Assembly: GCA_030390025.1 (NCBI GenBank)
Contig: CM059429.1
Coordinates: 138,260,001 to 138,324,000, forward strand
Reading direction: 5' to 3'
Length of the DNA: 64,000 bases
Source of the DNA: Squalus acanthias
Lineage: Eukaryota
Positions 13,113-26,718 of this stretch are shown piece after piece. Made by a program: the position numbers and the translations under genes. Positions within the stretch are counted from its first letter, which is position 1, and every line of letters begins with the position of its first letter. Under the pieces are notes generated by a model that was given only the letters and a program-made list of their open reading frames with translations, had not been told where the DNA came from and searched no databases.

Positions 13113-14549
13113 AGGTGTCAGAGGGCAAATCGATTGTGGAAGACTACCACTGCTGAACCAGATCCTGTTCTTACCTAGCACTCACACAGTTTATTGTGGA
13201 CTTTGCACTCGTGGTAGATGTAAAATGTCGCATGGCACTATTTGAAGAAGAGCAGGGAGTTCTCCCAGTGCCCTGGCCAACATAGCTCCTTCAACCAAAA
13301 TAGTTAATTCAGTATTCATCCCATTTGCCGTTTGTGGGACCTTGCTGTGTACAAAATTAGCTGCTGTGCTTACAGACCTAACCGTGACTACACTTCAAAT
13401 AATAACTCATTGGGTGTGAGTTTGGAACTTTCTGAGAGAATGATAAAGCATCACATAAATGCAAGTTCTTTTTTTCTCCTCTAACATAGGGACATTTACT
13501 TACCAATTAAAATGTGGAATTGGGGAGCCCCTGCCCCCACACACACACAACCCAGTTGGTAAAAGCACCTACTTGTGCGGAGCTGATCTGTACAGATCAG
13601 AAAGGCCCCGAGTCTGATCCCTGGCCTGAGCCGAGCTAGATGCTCTCAGATGATAGGATGTTGTAATTGTCCCCAGTGCCCACTTACAGTGAGGTATGTT
13701 TCCCAATCCAGCGAGCCTAGCTGGAAAGTGGGCAACAGGTTATGAGGGCACGAGCAGTCTTGACTGCAGTCAGATAGCCAGCCAACATTCATTGTCTAGG
13801 TTCACACTTGATGAGTGGACACTTGATTGAGGTAAATAGGGTAGCTGGTCAAGGTAGACCCTTTACCCCCCACATGACGTTCAAGGAGTGGGGGGTGGGT
13901 AGAATATTGCGGAGGGGAAAGAAATCGGGAATTGGGATCACTGGCATAAGAAGAGTTTATGGATGTTTATTACCATCACCTTTGCAGATACACAGATGGA
14001 TTGCACATTTTAGAGCTGTATGAAACTGCTGTTTATCTCCACTTGACTAAATTGATTTCAAAATCCATTGAAATTTGTAACCAGCTGGAATGTATACCTC
14101 AGAATGAGGCCTCTGTGGACGTTTTACAATTATTTTGAAATCCAGCTTTTCTAAGCTCATTAAAGGCTGTTTTCGGGTTTGAACTAGAGTTAGACAATCA
14201 GCTCAATGTTGTTTCACAGGATGATTTGAAACCCTTTTAATTTATTTGTTATTCAGATTGCTAAATAAGTAGGTCAAGGAATCAGTGCCATTGTCAGTGT
14301 ATGTAGAGATTAACTGTAATATATGAGAATTTGTTTAATATGATCAACCCAGTTGGTAGCATTTCCCCTGAGGATTTGCACTGTACCCAATGTGGGCAGA
14401 AAAGGCTCCGACACTCAAGTGCCAATTCTAATCTCACTGTATTGGACAAAATGTTGAAATGTACAAGTATCCAGAGTTAGGTGGATTTCCAGTAGCTGCA
14501 CCAAAGTGAAAGTTGGCAATGGGGTCATCGAAGAGGCATGTGTCCTGTG

Positions 14550-15960
14550 TAGGTCCATGTTTGAATCCCTCCAATCAGTTTTCCTCCCCTGCCACAGCAC
14601 TGAAATGGCCCTTATCAAAGTCACAAATGACATCACCAGTGACTGTGCCCATGGTAAACTATCCCTCCTCGTCCTTCTCGACCTGTCTGCAGCCTTTGAC
14701 ATGGTTGACCAGACCATCCTCCTCCAACACCTCTCCTCCGTCGTCCAGCTGGGTGGGACTGCATTCGCCTGGTTCTATTCTTGTCGATCCAGTCATAGCC
14801 ACAGAATCCCCTGCAGTGGCGTCTCTTCCCACTCCCGTACCATTACGTCTGGAGTCCCCCAAGGATTTATCCTTGGCTCCTATTTCTCATCTACAGGCTG
14901 CCCATTAGCGACATAATCCGAAAACACGATGCCAAGTTCTACATGTACGCTGACGACACCCAATTCTACCTCACCACCACTTCTCTTGACCCCCTCCACT
15001 GTATCTGATGTGTCACACTGCTTGTCTGACGTCCAGTACTGGATGAGCAGAAGTTTCCTCCCAACTAAAGATAGGGAAGACAGAAGCCATTGTCTTCGAT
15101 CCCCGCCACAAACTCCATTCCCCAGCCACCGGCTCTATCACTCCCCCTGGCAACTGCCTGAGGCTGAACCAGACTGTATGCAACCTTGGTGTTGTATTTG
15201 ACCCCGAGATGAGCTTTGTAACATTGCCCGATTCCGTCCCTGCCTCAGCTTATCTGCTGCTGAAACCCTCATCCATGCCTTTGTTACCTCTAGACTGGAC
15301 TATTCCAATGCACTCCTGGCTGGCCTCCCACGTTCTACCCTACAAAAACTTGAGCTGATCCAAAACTCTGCTGCTTAATATCCTAACTCGCACCAAGTCC
15401 TGTTCACCCATCACCCCTGTGCTCGCACCAAGTCCTGTTCACCCATCACCCCTGTGCTCGCACCAAGTCCTGTTCACCCATCACCCCTGTGCTCGCACCA
15501 AGTCCTGTTCACCCATCACCCCTGTGCTCGCTGATCTACATTGGCTCCCGGTCCAGCAACGCCTCAATTTAAAATTCTCATCCTTGTTTTCAAATCCCTC
15601 AATGGCCCTGACCCAGTCTATCTCTGTAACCGCCTCCAGCCCTACAACCATCTGAGATATCTGCACTCCTCCAATTCTGTCCTCTTGAGCATCCCTGATT
15701 TTAATCGCTCCATCCTACTCACAATCGTGCCTTCTGTTGCCTTGGCCCTAAGCTCTGAATTCCCTCCCTAAACCTCTTCGCCTCTCTACCTCTCCTGCTT
15801 TAAGACGCTCCTTAAAGCCTACCTCTTTGTCCAAGCTTTTGGTCATCTGTCTTAATATCTTCTTATGTGGCTCGGTGTCAAATTTTGTTTGATAACGCTC
15901 CTGTGAAGCGCCTTGGTACATTTTACTACGTTAAAGGCATTATATAAATGCAAATTGTTG
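14550..15960 (+). mobile_element. L2-clade LINE, 5'-truncated and frameshifted
   Basis: HSTEMALIKVTNDI, LVLLDLSAAFDMVD, SGVPQG, YADDTQ and LADLHWLPV motifs; L2 3' tail. Confidence 0.9.
15387..15531 (+). repeat. Perfect 35-bp tandem repeat, 4 copies plus 5 bp, inside L2
   Basis: Unit ctcgcaccaagtcctgttcacccatcacccctgtg at 15387, 15422, 15457 and 15492. Confidence 0.97.
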
Positions 15961-17452
15961 TACAATATCTGTGTAGGCATATCTCTTTTAAACCAATTCA
16001 GATGCACAGCTAGAGATGTACAACAATAGCCCCATCCAGTGAGGTCAGAGCGCCTTTGCAGTTTCAAGGCCGTAAAGTACACAGTGAATTTATTTCCATT
16101 ACCACAGTGGGGCTAGAAGTATCTTGTCTCTTGTTATTAGCAGCACCAACCAACTAGAGGAAAATAAGGTAATGGGCAAGGATGATGCTTTCACTACTGC
16201 ACTCTTGGCTTCTCTCACAAACATTGACTTGATTCTTTGTTGGGCTCTCAGTGACTCACTTGGAAATTGTGCATTTTATTCACTTATTAAAATCACGCTG
16301 TCAAAAGTATTCTTGCTATTGGCTGTTGTCAGTGGAACATTCTGAATACCAATTTCATTGTGAGGGAACAGGATCTATGTCCTTCACGATTATAACCTAG
16401 ATAAGGTAAACATTTAAAAACGAGGAGCAATAATACATTGTGTTTGGTGCAGGGTGCCACAGACTGGGAAATTCTGGACCTGAATTCCATAGCTAACATT
16501 CACACTTGGGAATCCTCCAAGATCTGAAGCTTCTGATCTCCACCCATTGAGGTGCAGCACTGAGTGATTGAAGGGAATGAATCAGCAGAAATTCTGCCTT
16601 GGGTTGTTCCATAGCACCCCCTAGTGTCTGTTCACAGTGTTATCAAGGGTGCTCGACCCTCGGTGATATAAAGGAAAGAAAACCGAAATAATGCGCACTT
16701 TAAAAGTCTTACCTTTTTTTTTACTAATGATATTTTGATCTGAATAGAAGTGAGCTAGAAGTGGATTCGAATAGCACTACAAACAGTGTGTTGTCACCAC
16801 TTCCAGGTCTACTGTTTGTGCAGAAACAGCACAATTGTGATGAGAGCTTTTCTGCTTCAAGTAATGTGAATTTATCTCTCCTGGGATCTAACACAGGTTT
16901 GTCAAGGGTCCAACATGCCTCCTACTCCATTTCATCATCATAAACATTAAAAATACTACCAGTTCTTTGTCAAATGTTGACATAATTGCAGGGCAAGAAT
17001 TGTACATCCTTGATTTAAATTTCTATATTTTTTTCTGAAGACATTAAACACATTAATAAACACATTACTCTGTGTTAATTCACCTTTTGATCATTGAATG
17101 ATGTTTTCCAGTACCAAAATGCTATAAATTGCGTGCAAATTCCCTTTCAAACTATTGGCTCTCTTATTTGAAATGATTTTCCACAGTTTCAACTCTCAGC
17201 TTCCCCCTGCTCTTAAAGCTGTTCCAGTGCTCAGTCTTGTAATTGACAGTTAATTATTTATCTCTCTCGCTGGTCTGATGCAAACACACACACCCTAGGG
17301 CTTGGGAAACAGACACAAACCACAACTCCCCAAATGCCAATTCCAAGTAAAAGATTCATGATTAGACTAATCCTTAAATTGTGCTTAAAGTTTAAAGGTT
17401 TGGTAGATTCCCACCCCTCCTTCGCCCATTGCAGACAAGGCTGTGTGCTTAC

Positions 17453-17800
17453 AGAAGTAAAATCTTTTTCAAACCGTAGCAAACAATATTTAATTAATGA
17501 CTGAATTGGCATCTTCTCAGCTGGAAGGTTTTCCAAAGGTTTGTAAATTTGATTCAGAGTTTGTGCTAATCTGGAGCTCAGGGTCTCTGGATTCTTCACT
17601 TCATGCATTATTGTATTAACAAGAAGAAACAACGATCCTTCAAACACTGAGTCCTTTGAAGTAAGAGTGCCCCAGTTTATTTCCGAGAAGTCCTCCTGTG
17701 AGTCCTCAACCATGTAGACTGTTGAACATTCAAGCTCGTACTCCTGAGAATTTGGGTCAAGGGTTTCAAACTCTTGTAAATTTAAAGCTACCAAGAAGCT
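17453..17800 (-). pseudogene. Exon-like segment of an unidentified antisense gene relic
   Basis: 348-nt stop-free frame (SFLVALNLQEFE...LLRFEKDFTS) bounded by a polypyrimidine tract plus aacag and by gtaagc. Neighbouring exon-like segments contain stops. Confidence 0.45.
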
Positions 17801-18467
17801 CTGTTATTAACAATTTGATAAGCAGGGTTTAACAGGAACATGCAAAAAGAAACACAAGAACAGATATAAGACACAGGGCCAATTTTGTATAGTTAGTACT
17901 GGGATAAAGCTGCAGTTTGCCACGTCATAGCCTCAAGTTACGTGCGCAAGCGGTGTAGATGATTTTCCGGTACATTGCCTTTCCTAGGAAAAGAAAAGCT
18001 TGAAGGGATCAGATTGATGATCATTTGCAATGTCCATTAGACCACTTTACTAATAATTTGAAAGAATACTCCATGATAGAGCATGGGATTATCTGAAATT
18101 TGTTTCTTAGTCATAATACTGGGGAAAAAACACATCTTAATGTTTGTATTGGTATGAAGAGGAAGCGCTGTTTGTTGATGTCGATTGGAAATCATTACTT
18201 TACAATGACTCCCTCCACAATCGAGATTCACCTCATCCTGTGGATAGCATTCCATAAATGGAAAATATCTGTTGTCATTTTCGTATACCTATGGTGCTAT
18301 TGTCAAATTTCCCTCCGATTTAATCCAGATATTCTCTCCCTACTGTGGATGTTGGAGGGCTCCAGTCTTAGTTTGAAAAGGGCTTTAAACAGCTGCTTTT
18401 GAAAATGGGAGTGGTTTTATTATATGATTCTCTCCAATGTACCCTGAGCGAGTTGAATTTTTCCATT

Positions 18468-19218
18468 GGGCTGGATATTCCGATCCCTACGGACTGTGTA
18501 CACACCCATAGGGACATCAGAAATGCCGGTTTCAGGCATACGAAGCGCACGTGCTGAAAACTGGCATTTCCAATCTGTCAAGAATCCTCTGCCCTGCCCT
18601 GCCCTGGAGAAGGGCCTCTGCGGGCGGATAGTTCCGCTTTCTGGAGCACCTCCGCCCGCAGAAAACCCTTAGAAATCTTACGCCTGGTAAAAGCAGGCGT
18701 AAGGCCTGCTTTTACCAGCATAAAATTTGAAAAAAGTTTAAAAAACAAAAAATGTTTTCACTCATTTATCATTTAAAAATACTTTTTTTTTAAAAAAAGG
18801 TAAGTTTATTTTTAGCCCCGTAAAAAAACTTTAATTTTTTTTCAAAAAATTAAATTTTTGTTTAAAATATTTAATTTATTGTAATTTCAACTAATTTTAA
18901 AAATGTGATTTAAAATTTTTTTATTTAATGTTTTAAGGTGTTTTTGGGGTGATCTCCATTCATATATTTGACAGTTCTAGCTGTCAAGTGTATGAAGGGA
19001 GATTCCCATCTTTGATTGGCTCCCCATGGCCCACATGATCCCAGGGACGCTTGCGAACCGCATGCGCCTCTGGGATACGTGGGCCCTGCACATTTCGAGT
19101 TGGAGAGGCCCAGGAGCGGAAGTGTCCGGACCTCGGGAGCCCTCAGGTAAGTGCGCAGATTTTTTTCGAGATCGGAGGCCTCCGCACGCGGGAAGCCTCC
19201 GATCGGAAAATACGGCCC
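18468..19218. mobile_element. MITE, PIF/Harbinger-like, with an AT-rich core
   Basis: TIRs gggctggatattccgatc / gatcggaaaatacggccc; no clean TSD. Confidence 0.7.
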
Positions 19219-21564
19219 GATATCTTCAACCACATCACCTAATGACAACTATGAGAACCTTTTGCTTTTCCTGAATGTCAGGAAAGTAACCTTTATTTCT
19301 ACACTATTATCTATGCATCAAGAGAGATCTGGCCACTGAGATATTTGGGATAAAAAGTTTGGAAAAAGAGGGTAGCTAGGGAGGTTTGAGGGAATATGTG
19401 CATCAGCAATTACAAAGGCACAAATTAAAAATCTTTCATAGAACATGTTACATAAATAGAACATACGAATGGTGGGGGGATGCAGAGAGGTTGAGCCTCT
19501 CTACTGTACTCCTGGATATGCTCAGATGCTAGTACAGTAATCTGTACATGCTCCAGAGAGTTACAGGGATTTCTATCAACCTTAAACATAGACATTACCT
19601 GATGATACTATCAGCGATAGACTCTGAAACCTTCTTGGGGAAGACATCCAGATATTCTCTCTTTTATAATGCTTACAGTTCACAGATGTTCACAGTGTAG
19701 TCTTGTTCTTGGATTTCAGTAAAGTGTAATAATAGGCATGTGAAATGTTCATCATATATCCACTACAGTGTGAAAAACATCCAGAAATACAGTTATAGAT
19801 TTTGTCCTTTCTGAAATTGGGTTGTGTCCCGAGAGAGTATTTTGAGCTGTATAACACCAGAGTGAAGTAACGATGATTACAGTATCACACTAGAAGTATT
19901 GGCACAATAGTAAAGTGTATTGGCTTGAAAGCAATTTTCGTACAGCATATTGATATCAAAGTGCTGAGTGAATCTGGTGACAACACTGGTACGACAACTC
20001 AAGCGGAGTTAACACTTCGTGTGGGCTGGTTAGGAATGTTGTGGAAGGTGATCCCTTCAGAGAGCACAATGCACTCTAGTCTCTGTTTGCAGTATTCTAA
20101 AAAAAAAGGTTCATGCATCCAAAAGATTCTCTTACTGTAACACAAAGAGTTATCAATTGAAGTATTTGGCTTAGTGTCAATTTTTGCCTGATTATACTGC
20201 TGTGAAGCACCTTGGAATGTTTTACTATGGTAAAGGCACAATATAAATGCAAGTTGTTGTTGTAACATTTATTAATAGAAATAGTGTATATCAGTATAAA
20301 TTCATATTTATATTTCAAGTTCACTCATTACTTAATGTAAATAAAATCTTTGTTCAATTTATGTAATTGTATATAATTATTACACTTAAATGTATAAGTA
20401 CTTATCAAATATATTTATATATAATTGCATACAATGACATTCATATATAATTACATGCAAATCATCTGGCTTAAGGTGAGCAATGACACTGAAGATCCAC
20501 TAGTATTAATAATATTTTGTCCTTCATGACCAGTCAAGAACCATAAATAGTAAGTTAAAGTTGATTGAATTGAGCTCCTAATGTGTGTGGGAACTCTTGC
20601 TATTCTGCTCACCATTATGCAGAATGAAGACAACCCACAGAAGAAATCAGGGGGGAAAAACTGACATTCACTCACATTAAGCAGTGAAACACTATGGTGA
20701 TTAGAATTAGATTTTTCTTGGTTACAATACATTTTCATACATTACATTGTTGTATACAATATACAAGGTACAATGTTGTAGACAGTGAATCCTCCTTGGC
20801 TTGTGAATGACCCTAGGGATTGACTCTGGGGAGTAGTGCTGAGTCAATAAACAGTGGGTTTTGGTTGTGATGCTGAAGCTTATGAGGTACACTAGTCAGG
20901 TGGGATAAGGTGTGTCTTACATTATGTGGGGAATATTGCTGGCGTGCTGACCAGCTGTTGGCAGTAGGCTAGAGATGTGGACCAGATCCTTATTTTAAAT
21001 CGCAAGATTTAGCCTGAATGAGTATAAGTGATTTTCTCAGACTAGACTAGTTTCCATAATGCATCAAACCACACTGACTGTGTAGGGATTGAATACTCAT
21101 GCTGCTACTTCCGTGCATTGCACCAGCTGGTTCAGAAAGTCCTAGGATCAAGTCAGGCTCTTAGAAATGGTACACACTACAAGTGGTTTCTGCTGTGGGA
21201 ATTAGAATCAGTTAAATGCTCATTGCATGAAATCAAGTTTACTGGTTCTGATATGCAACATCTGGCTGTAGCTGAGAGGAAAACCAGGAATCTACACATG
21301 TTTGGGTGCAGGAGAATATGATGAGGTGTCCCATTATAGGCAGCAGTGTGCTGGTTCTGGTTCAGTTTTGTGCATGGTGACCTTTCTGATGTTCTGCAGC
21401 CTCTTTTGCTAGTTGGCCTGGATTTTTGAACATGGCCAGAAAATGTGCAAGGTTCGGCACCTCTCCACCACACACTCTAAAATATTCCAGTGTGCCCCTT
21501 AGCTCATTTTAAAAAATGAGAAGTCGCACAACACCAGGTTATAGTCCAACAGATTTATTTAATT

Positions 21565-21603
21565 TTACAAGCTTTCGAAGCAGTTCGCTCCTTCGTCAGG
21601 TAA
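21565..21603 (-). ncRNA. Minimal type I hammerhead ribozyme motif
   Basis: Exact mirror of 23901-23939. Confidence 0.8.
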
Positions 21604-22624
21604 GTTAGCAATGAGAGAATCTCCCAGAATTCACAATTTAAACCCAGACAAAATCTATTCACATTATTCCCTACAACAAAGAGCACAGCCAAGACAATGA
21701 GATGTGTCCCAGGGGGTCCAACGTGTCAAACCACCTGCTGGCTGCATATCCTGTCAATTTGTGTTCTTGTGTTAGTCTTTTTAAAAAAAAAACACCTGGG
21801 AAGACCGGCCATGATGTCAAGTCACGTTCTGTATCGTGACATGAACCCGATATCGCGATTGAGGCCATCCTCATGAGTGCGGAACTTGGCTATCAGTTTC
21901 TGCTCTATGATTTTGCGCTGTCGTGTATCTCGAAGGCCGCCTTGGAGAACGCTTACCCGCAGATCCGAGGCTGAATGCCCCTGGCTGCTGAAGTGTTCCC
22001 CGACTGGGAGGCAACCCTCCTGCCTGGCGATTGTTGCGCGGTGTCCGTTCATACGTTGTCTCAGTGTCTGCATGGTCTCGCAGATGTACCATGCTCTGGA
22101 GCATCCTTTACTGCAACGTATCAGGTAGACAACGTTGGCCGAGTCACATGAGTATGTACCGTGTACCCGGTGGGTAGTTTCCTCACGTGTAATGATGGTA
22201 TCTGTGTCCATGATTTGGCATGTCTTGCAGAGGTTGCCGTGGCAGGGTTGTGTGGTGTCTTGGTTGCTGTTCTCCTGAAAGATGGGTAATCTGCTGCGAA
22301 CGATGGTACTTTTGAGGTTAGGCGGCTGCTTGAAGGCGAGTAGTGGAGGCGTGGGGATGGCCTTAGCAAGGTGTTCGTCGTCATCGATGACATGTTGAAG
22401 GCTGCGAAGAACATGGCGTAGTTTTTCCGCTCCGGGGAAGTACTGGACGACGTAGGGTACTCTGTTGGTTGTGTCCCGTGTTCGTCTTCTGAGGAGGTCT
22501 ATGCGGTTTTTCGCTGTGGCCCGTCGGAACTGTCGATCGACGAGTCGAGCGTCATATCCCGTTCTTATGAGGGCGTCTTTCAGTGTCCGTAGGTGTCCAT
22601 TGCGTTCCTCCTCATCTGAGCAGA

Positions 22625-23682
22625 CCCACGGCGAAGGATCACTGAAAGGACTACACGATAGCATCAACAGGTTCCATCCCACCATCAAACTCACCATGGA
22701 CTACTCCTCAGAATCGGTTTCATTCTTGGACACACGAATCTCCATCAAAGACGGACGCCTCAGCACTTCACTCTACCGCAAGCCCACGGACAACCTCACG
22801 ATGCTCCACTTCTCCAGCTTCCACCCTAACCACGTTAAAGAAGCCATCCCCTATGGACAAGCCCTGCGAATACACAGGATCTGCTCAGATGAGGAGGAAC
22901 GCAATGGACACCTACGGACACTGAAAGACGCCCTCATAAGAACGGGATATGACGCTTGACTCGTCGATCGACAGTTCCGACGGGCCACAGCGAAAAACCG
23001 CATAGACCTCCTCAGAAGACGAACACGGGACACAACCAACAGAGTACCCTACGTCGTCCAGTACTTCCCCGGAGCGGAAAAACTACGCCATGTTCTTCGC
23101 AGCCTTCAACATGTCATCGATGACGACGAACACCTTGCTAAGGCCATCCCCACGCCTCCACTACTCGCCTTCAAGCAGCCGCCTAACCTCAAAAGTACCA
23201 TCGTTCGCAGCAGATTACCCATCTTTCAGGAGAACAGCAACCAAGACACCACACAACCCTGCCACGGCAACCTCTGCAAGACATGCCAAATCATGGACAC
23301 AGATACCATCATTACACGTGAGGACACTACCCTCCAGGTACACGGTACATACTCATGTGACTCGGCCAACGTTGTCTACCTGATACGTTGCAGTAAAGGA
23401 TGCTCCAGAGCATGGTACATCGGCGAGACCATGCAGACACTGAGACAACGTATGAACGGACACCGCGCAACAATCGCCAGGCAGGAGGGTTGCCTCCCAG
23501 TCGGGGAACACTTCAGCAGCCAGGGGCATTCAGCCTCGGATCTGCGGGTAAGCGTTCTCCAAGGCGGCCTTCGAGATACACGACAGCGCAAAATCATAGA
23601 GCAGAAACTGATAGCCAAGTTCCGCACTCATGAGGATGGCCTCAATTGCGATATCGGGTTCATGTCACGATACAGAACGTGA
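22625..23682 (+). pseudogene. Truncated PLE RT-thumb plus GIY-YIG ORF (premature stop at 22957-22959)
   Basis: Track ORFs 22465-22959 and 23293-23682 share one frame; the inverted arm (21822-22624, -) has CGA where this arm has TGA. Confidence 0.9.
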
Positions 23683-23900
23683 CTTGACATCATGGCCGGT
23701 CTTCCCAGGTGTTTTTTTTTTAAAAAGACTAACACAAGAACACAAATTGACAGGATATGCAGCCAGCAGGTGGTTTGACACGTTGGACCCCCTGGGACAC
23801 ATCTCATTGTCTTGGCTGTGCTCTTTGTTGTAGGGAATAATGTGAATAGATTTTGTCTGGGTTTAAATTGTGAATTCTGGGAGATTCTCTCATTGCTAAC

Positions 23901-23939
23901 TTACCTGACGAAGGAGCGAACTGCTTCGAAAGCTTGTAA
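23901..23939 (+). ncRNA. Minimal type I hammerhead ribozyme motif
   Basis: ttac-CTGACGA-a-ggagc-gaact-gcttc-GAAA-GC-TT-gtaa: stem I ttac/gtaa, stem II ggagc/gcttc, loopless palindromic stem III (AGCT) typical of PLE hammerheads. Confidence 0.82.
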
Positions 23940-25419
23940 AATTAAATAAATCTGTTGGACTATAACCTGGTGTTGTGCGACTTCTCATTTTTGTCCACCC
24001 CAGTCCAACGCCGGCATCTCCACATCATGACCTCATTTTAAAAGGCAGCTCTGCCATTTTGACATGTGCTGGCTCACTTTAAATATTGACTATATCCATG
24101 GTTACCACAAGAATGTTAGGTGGCTCATTTAGCAGTAAAGACACTTCTTTTGCCATTGGACTTAATCCACATTTTTTTGGCCCTAGTTAGTTCAGAAAAG
24201 GATTAACAAATGGTTAATTTATTGTCGGTATAACTATTGTGCTGTGACTATGTTACCTTAGCCATTTTCCCATATCTCAGATGGCGGTCAGGGTAAATAG
24301 AGATCTGTGGCTCATACTGCAGACAACTGCAGAGTGCACAGGTTTCTAAAGTACAGAGGCCACATTTAAATTTATGAGCTTGGATGAAGAAATATTAATT
24401 AAGGTTGACCCAGCTTTCTCCCATGGCACATTTCTTTTCAAAATTCAGCTTGCACCAGATGTTGAAAGTGAGATATGAGTTTAAAAATAAAAGCAATATA
24501 AGCATCTTTCGCTTTATTGACTATGAACCGTATGAAGCATATCTAAACCTAATCACTAACCAAGAGAACTAATTAGTATTATTAATCTTGCCAAAGATTG
24601 CAATTCAACACAAAAATAATAATTAAAAAAAAATAAAAAATTATTTTTCTATAATTTTGTTTCTCTTGGTTTTCCCCCGTACAATGTCTCTTACTCTTGG
24701 GAATGGATACTAACACTTCCACATGCGATGGGAATATTGTATATGCGATCATGATATTTGGCCTTCCTTCCTCGGGTTGCAGTCTTATAGATTGTGCCAG
24801 TAATTCCTGGCTTTTCAGTGTGACCTATTCCTTCCTGTCTCTTGATCTTCAGCAAAAGAAAGCAAGAAGATTTTATGGAACTATCCCAGCTAAAGGTTAA
24901 TGCTGTAGTCTTATAGGTTTAATAAAGGTCTTTCACTTGTGCTATGAATGCTGGAAAAGTTATTGTCCCCCAACTAGATTTTCACAAGAGAAAATGCACC
25001 TGCAAATTCCAAAGCCAGGTAGACTGTTAAGGAAAAATAGAGGGAAAAAGAGAATATTGGCGATCCAAAGGAAAGGAATACTGCACTGAAGGACACAGTG
25101 TTGTCTCCAAGTAGTTTGCACTGTCTGTTCACTCATTAAGTTGAAGAAGGGAGTACTTCGTACATGTTACTCAAATGCATCCATAGAGTGCTACTCAATA
25201 CCCTCCCACTAGTAATGTGATTTTAATGATTTAATAATAGCCAACAAGATAATCAGCACTTTTGATCATTAAAACGTGAATAGTGATATAGTGAGCCATC
25301 CAAATTTGTTTTTAACTTTTAAAAACCGGCTTTCTTTTTTATCGAGACTTCACACCAGTTGTTTTTATACTACAGCCAATATGCAAACCTCCTAGTACGA
25401 TATCTGCAACTTTCATGAA

Positions 25420-26435
25420 TTGAACATTGGTTGACAGACAGGAATAAAGAGCTAGGAAAAATGTGTGTTGCTCGAATTGGAGAAGGGTTGGAAGTGGTGT
25501 ATCCCAGAGGTCAGTGCTGGGTCCACATTTGTTCTCGGTACATACAGATGATTTATACTCGAAATCTCGAAATATGGTACAAAATTAGGATAATTGCCAA
25601 GGAGGATTGTAAAAAAAAAAAAAAAAGTTCTGGTGGAAATAAACATGTTGTTGGAATGGTCAGCATTTGGCAGATGCACTTTAATGTGGATCAGTGCAAG
25701 GTAATACTTTTTGGGAGAAAAATAAGGAATGGGAGTATACACTCAATGGAAAGACACTGAAGGGTGTGGATGGACAGAGAGACCTAGGGATTCAAATATA
25801 TAATTCCCTGAAAGTGCGAGTAGAGGTAAATAAAGCCATAAAACAGGCCAGCAGCACTTTGGGTTTTACAAATAGGGGCATAGAGTATAGGAGTAAAGAA
25901 GTAATGATAAATTTATACAAAGTATTGGTTACCCCACAGTTAAAGTACTGTGTGAAGTTTTGGACACCCCATCACAGGATGTTAAATCCATAGGCAGAGA
26001 CAATGTAGATTCACCAGGATGTTGCCGAAGATGGGATACTATAGTTATGAGGAGAGATTTGAGATACTGAGACAATGTTCCTGGAGCAGAGAAGATTAAG
26101 AGATTTGATAGAGATTTTTAAAATTATGAGGAGTTTTGATAGAGTGAACAGGGATTGACTATTTCCTCTGGTGAGAGAGCCATGATAAAGGATCTTCAAT
26201 TTAAAATGGTCAATAACAGAGTGAGGGGAAAGGCTAGGAGAACTTTTTTTTACACACAGTATGGAATGCTTTGCCACTGGAAGTAAATGTGGCTGAGACC
26301 ATTGTACCTGTTAAGGGAAAATTGGCTAAATATGTGAGGCAGAGGAAGGGATAGGGCTATTGGGAGAGAGCAGGACAGTGGCATTAGTTTTGATTACTCT
26401 GGTAGAGAGTCGGCGCACAAACACAAAGGCCTAGA
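25420..26435 (+). mobile_element. Degraded CR1 LINE 3' fragment
   Basis: WQMHFNVDQCKV and LYKVLVTPQLKYCVKFWTP motifs. Confidence 0.85.
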
Positions 26436-26718
26436 ATGGAGCATACGCTGCACACATCAAATGAGGCCAAGGCCGGTGGCAGGACCATGTGCAATTGGTC
26501 CACCGGCCTCATTTGTTTACCACCAGTAAGCTGTAGACCCAGAGGCAGCACTCTGGTACCGGGAAGGACAAAGCTCATCGGCTCGGCGACGGCTGAGGTG
26601 GTAAGCAGAGTCCGGGAGGCAATCATGGGGGGGGCGGGCGAGTGGCAGGTCTGGAGCCGAGTGTTTTGGCTGAACCCAAACTGAGCATACGTGAGCAGGT
26701 TATTGGTGAGTAAGTGCT

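Larger units (their letters stand above)
21515..24031 (+). mobile_element. Penelope-like retroelement (Neptune-type), 5'-truncated, with a long inverted duplication
   Basis: 12-bp TSD ctcattttaaaa (21503-21514, 24032-24043). Arms 21512-22624 and 22880-23992 are reverse complements. RT C-terminus (HPTIKLT, VSFLDTRI, LYRKPTD), Cys-rich linker PCHGNLCKTC and GIY-YIG endonuclease NVVYLIRC...YIGET...RMNGH. Confidence 0.93.

Noticed and set aside
15387-15531. CRISPR-like 35-bp repeats
   Set aside because: Units are head-to-tail with no spacers, derive from L2 coding sequence, and there are no cas genes in this eukaryotic DNA.
21512-23992. Palindrome as a sequencing fold-back artefact
   Set aside because: The arms differ at several sites, there is a 255-bp loop, a one-sided tail and a 12-bp TSD, and the same architecture recurs at 58.4 kb. 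Read-level confirmation is still desirable.
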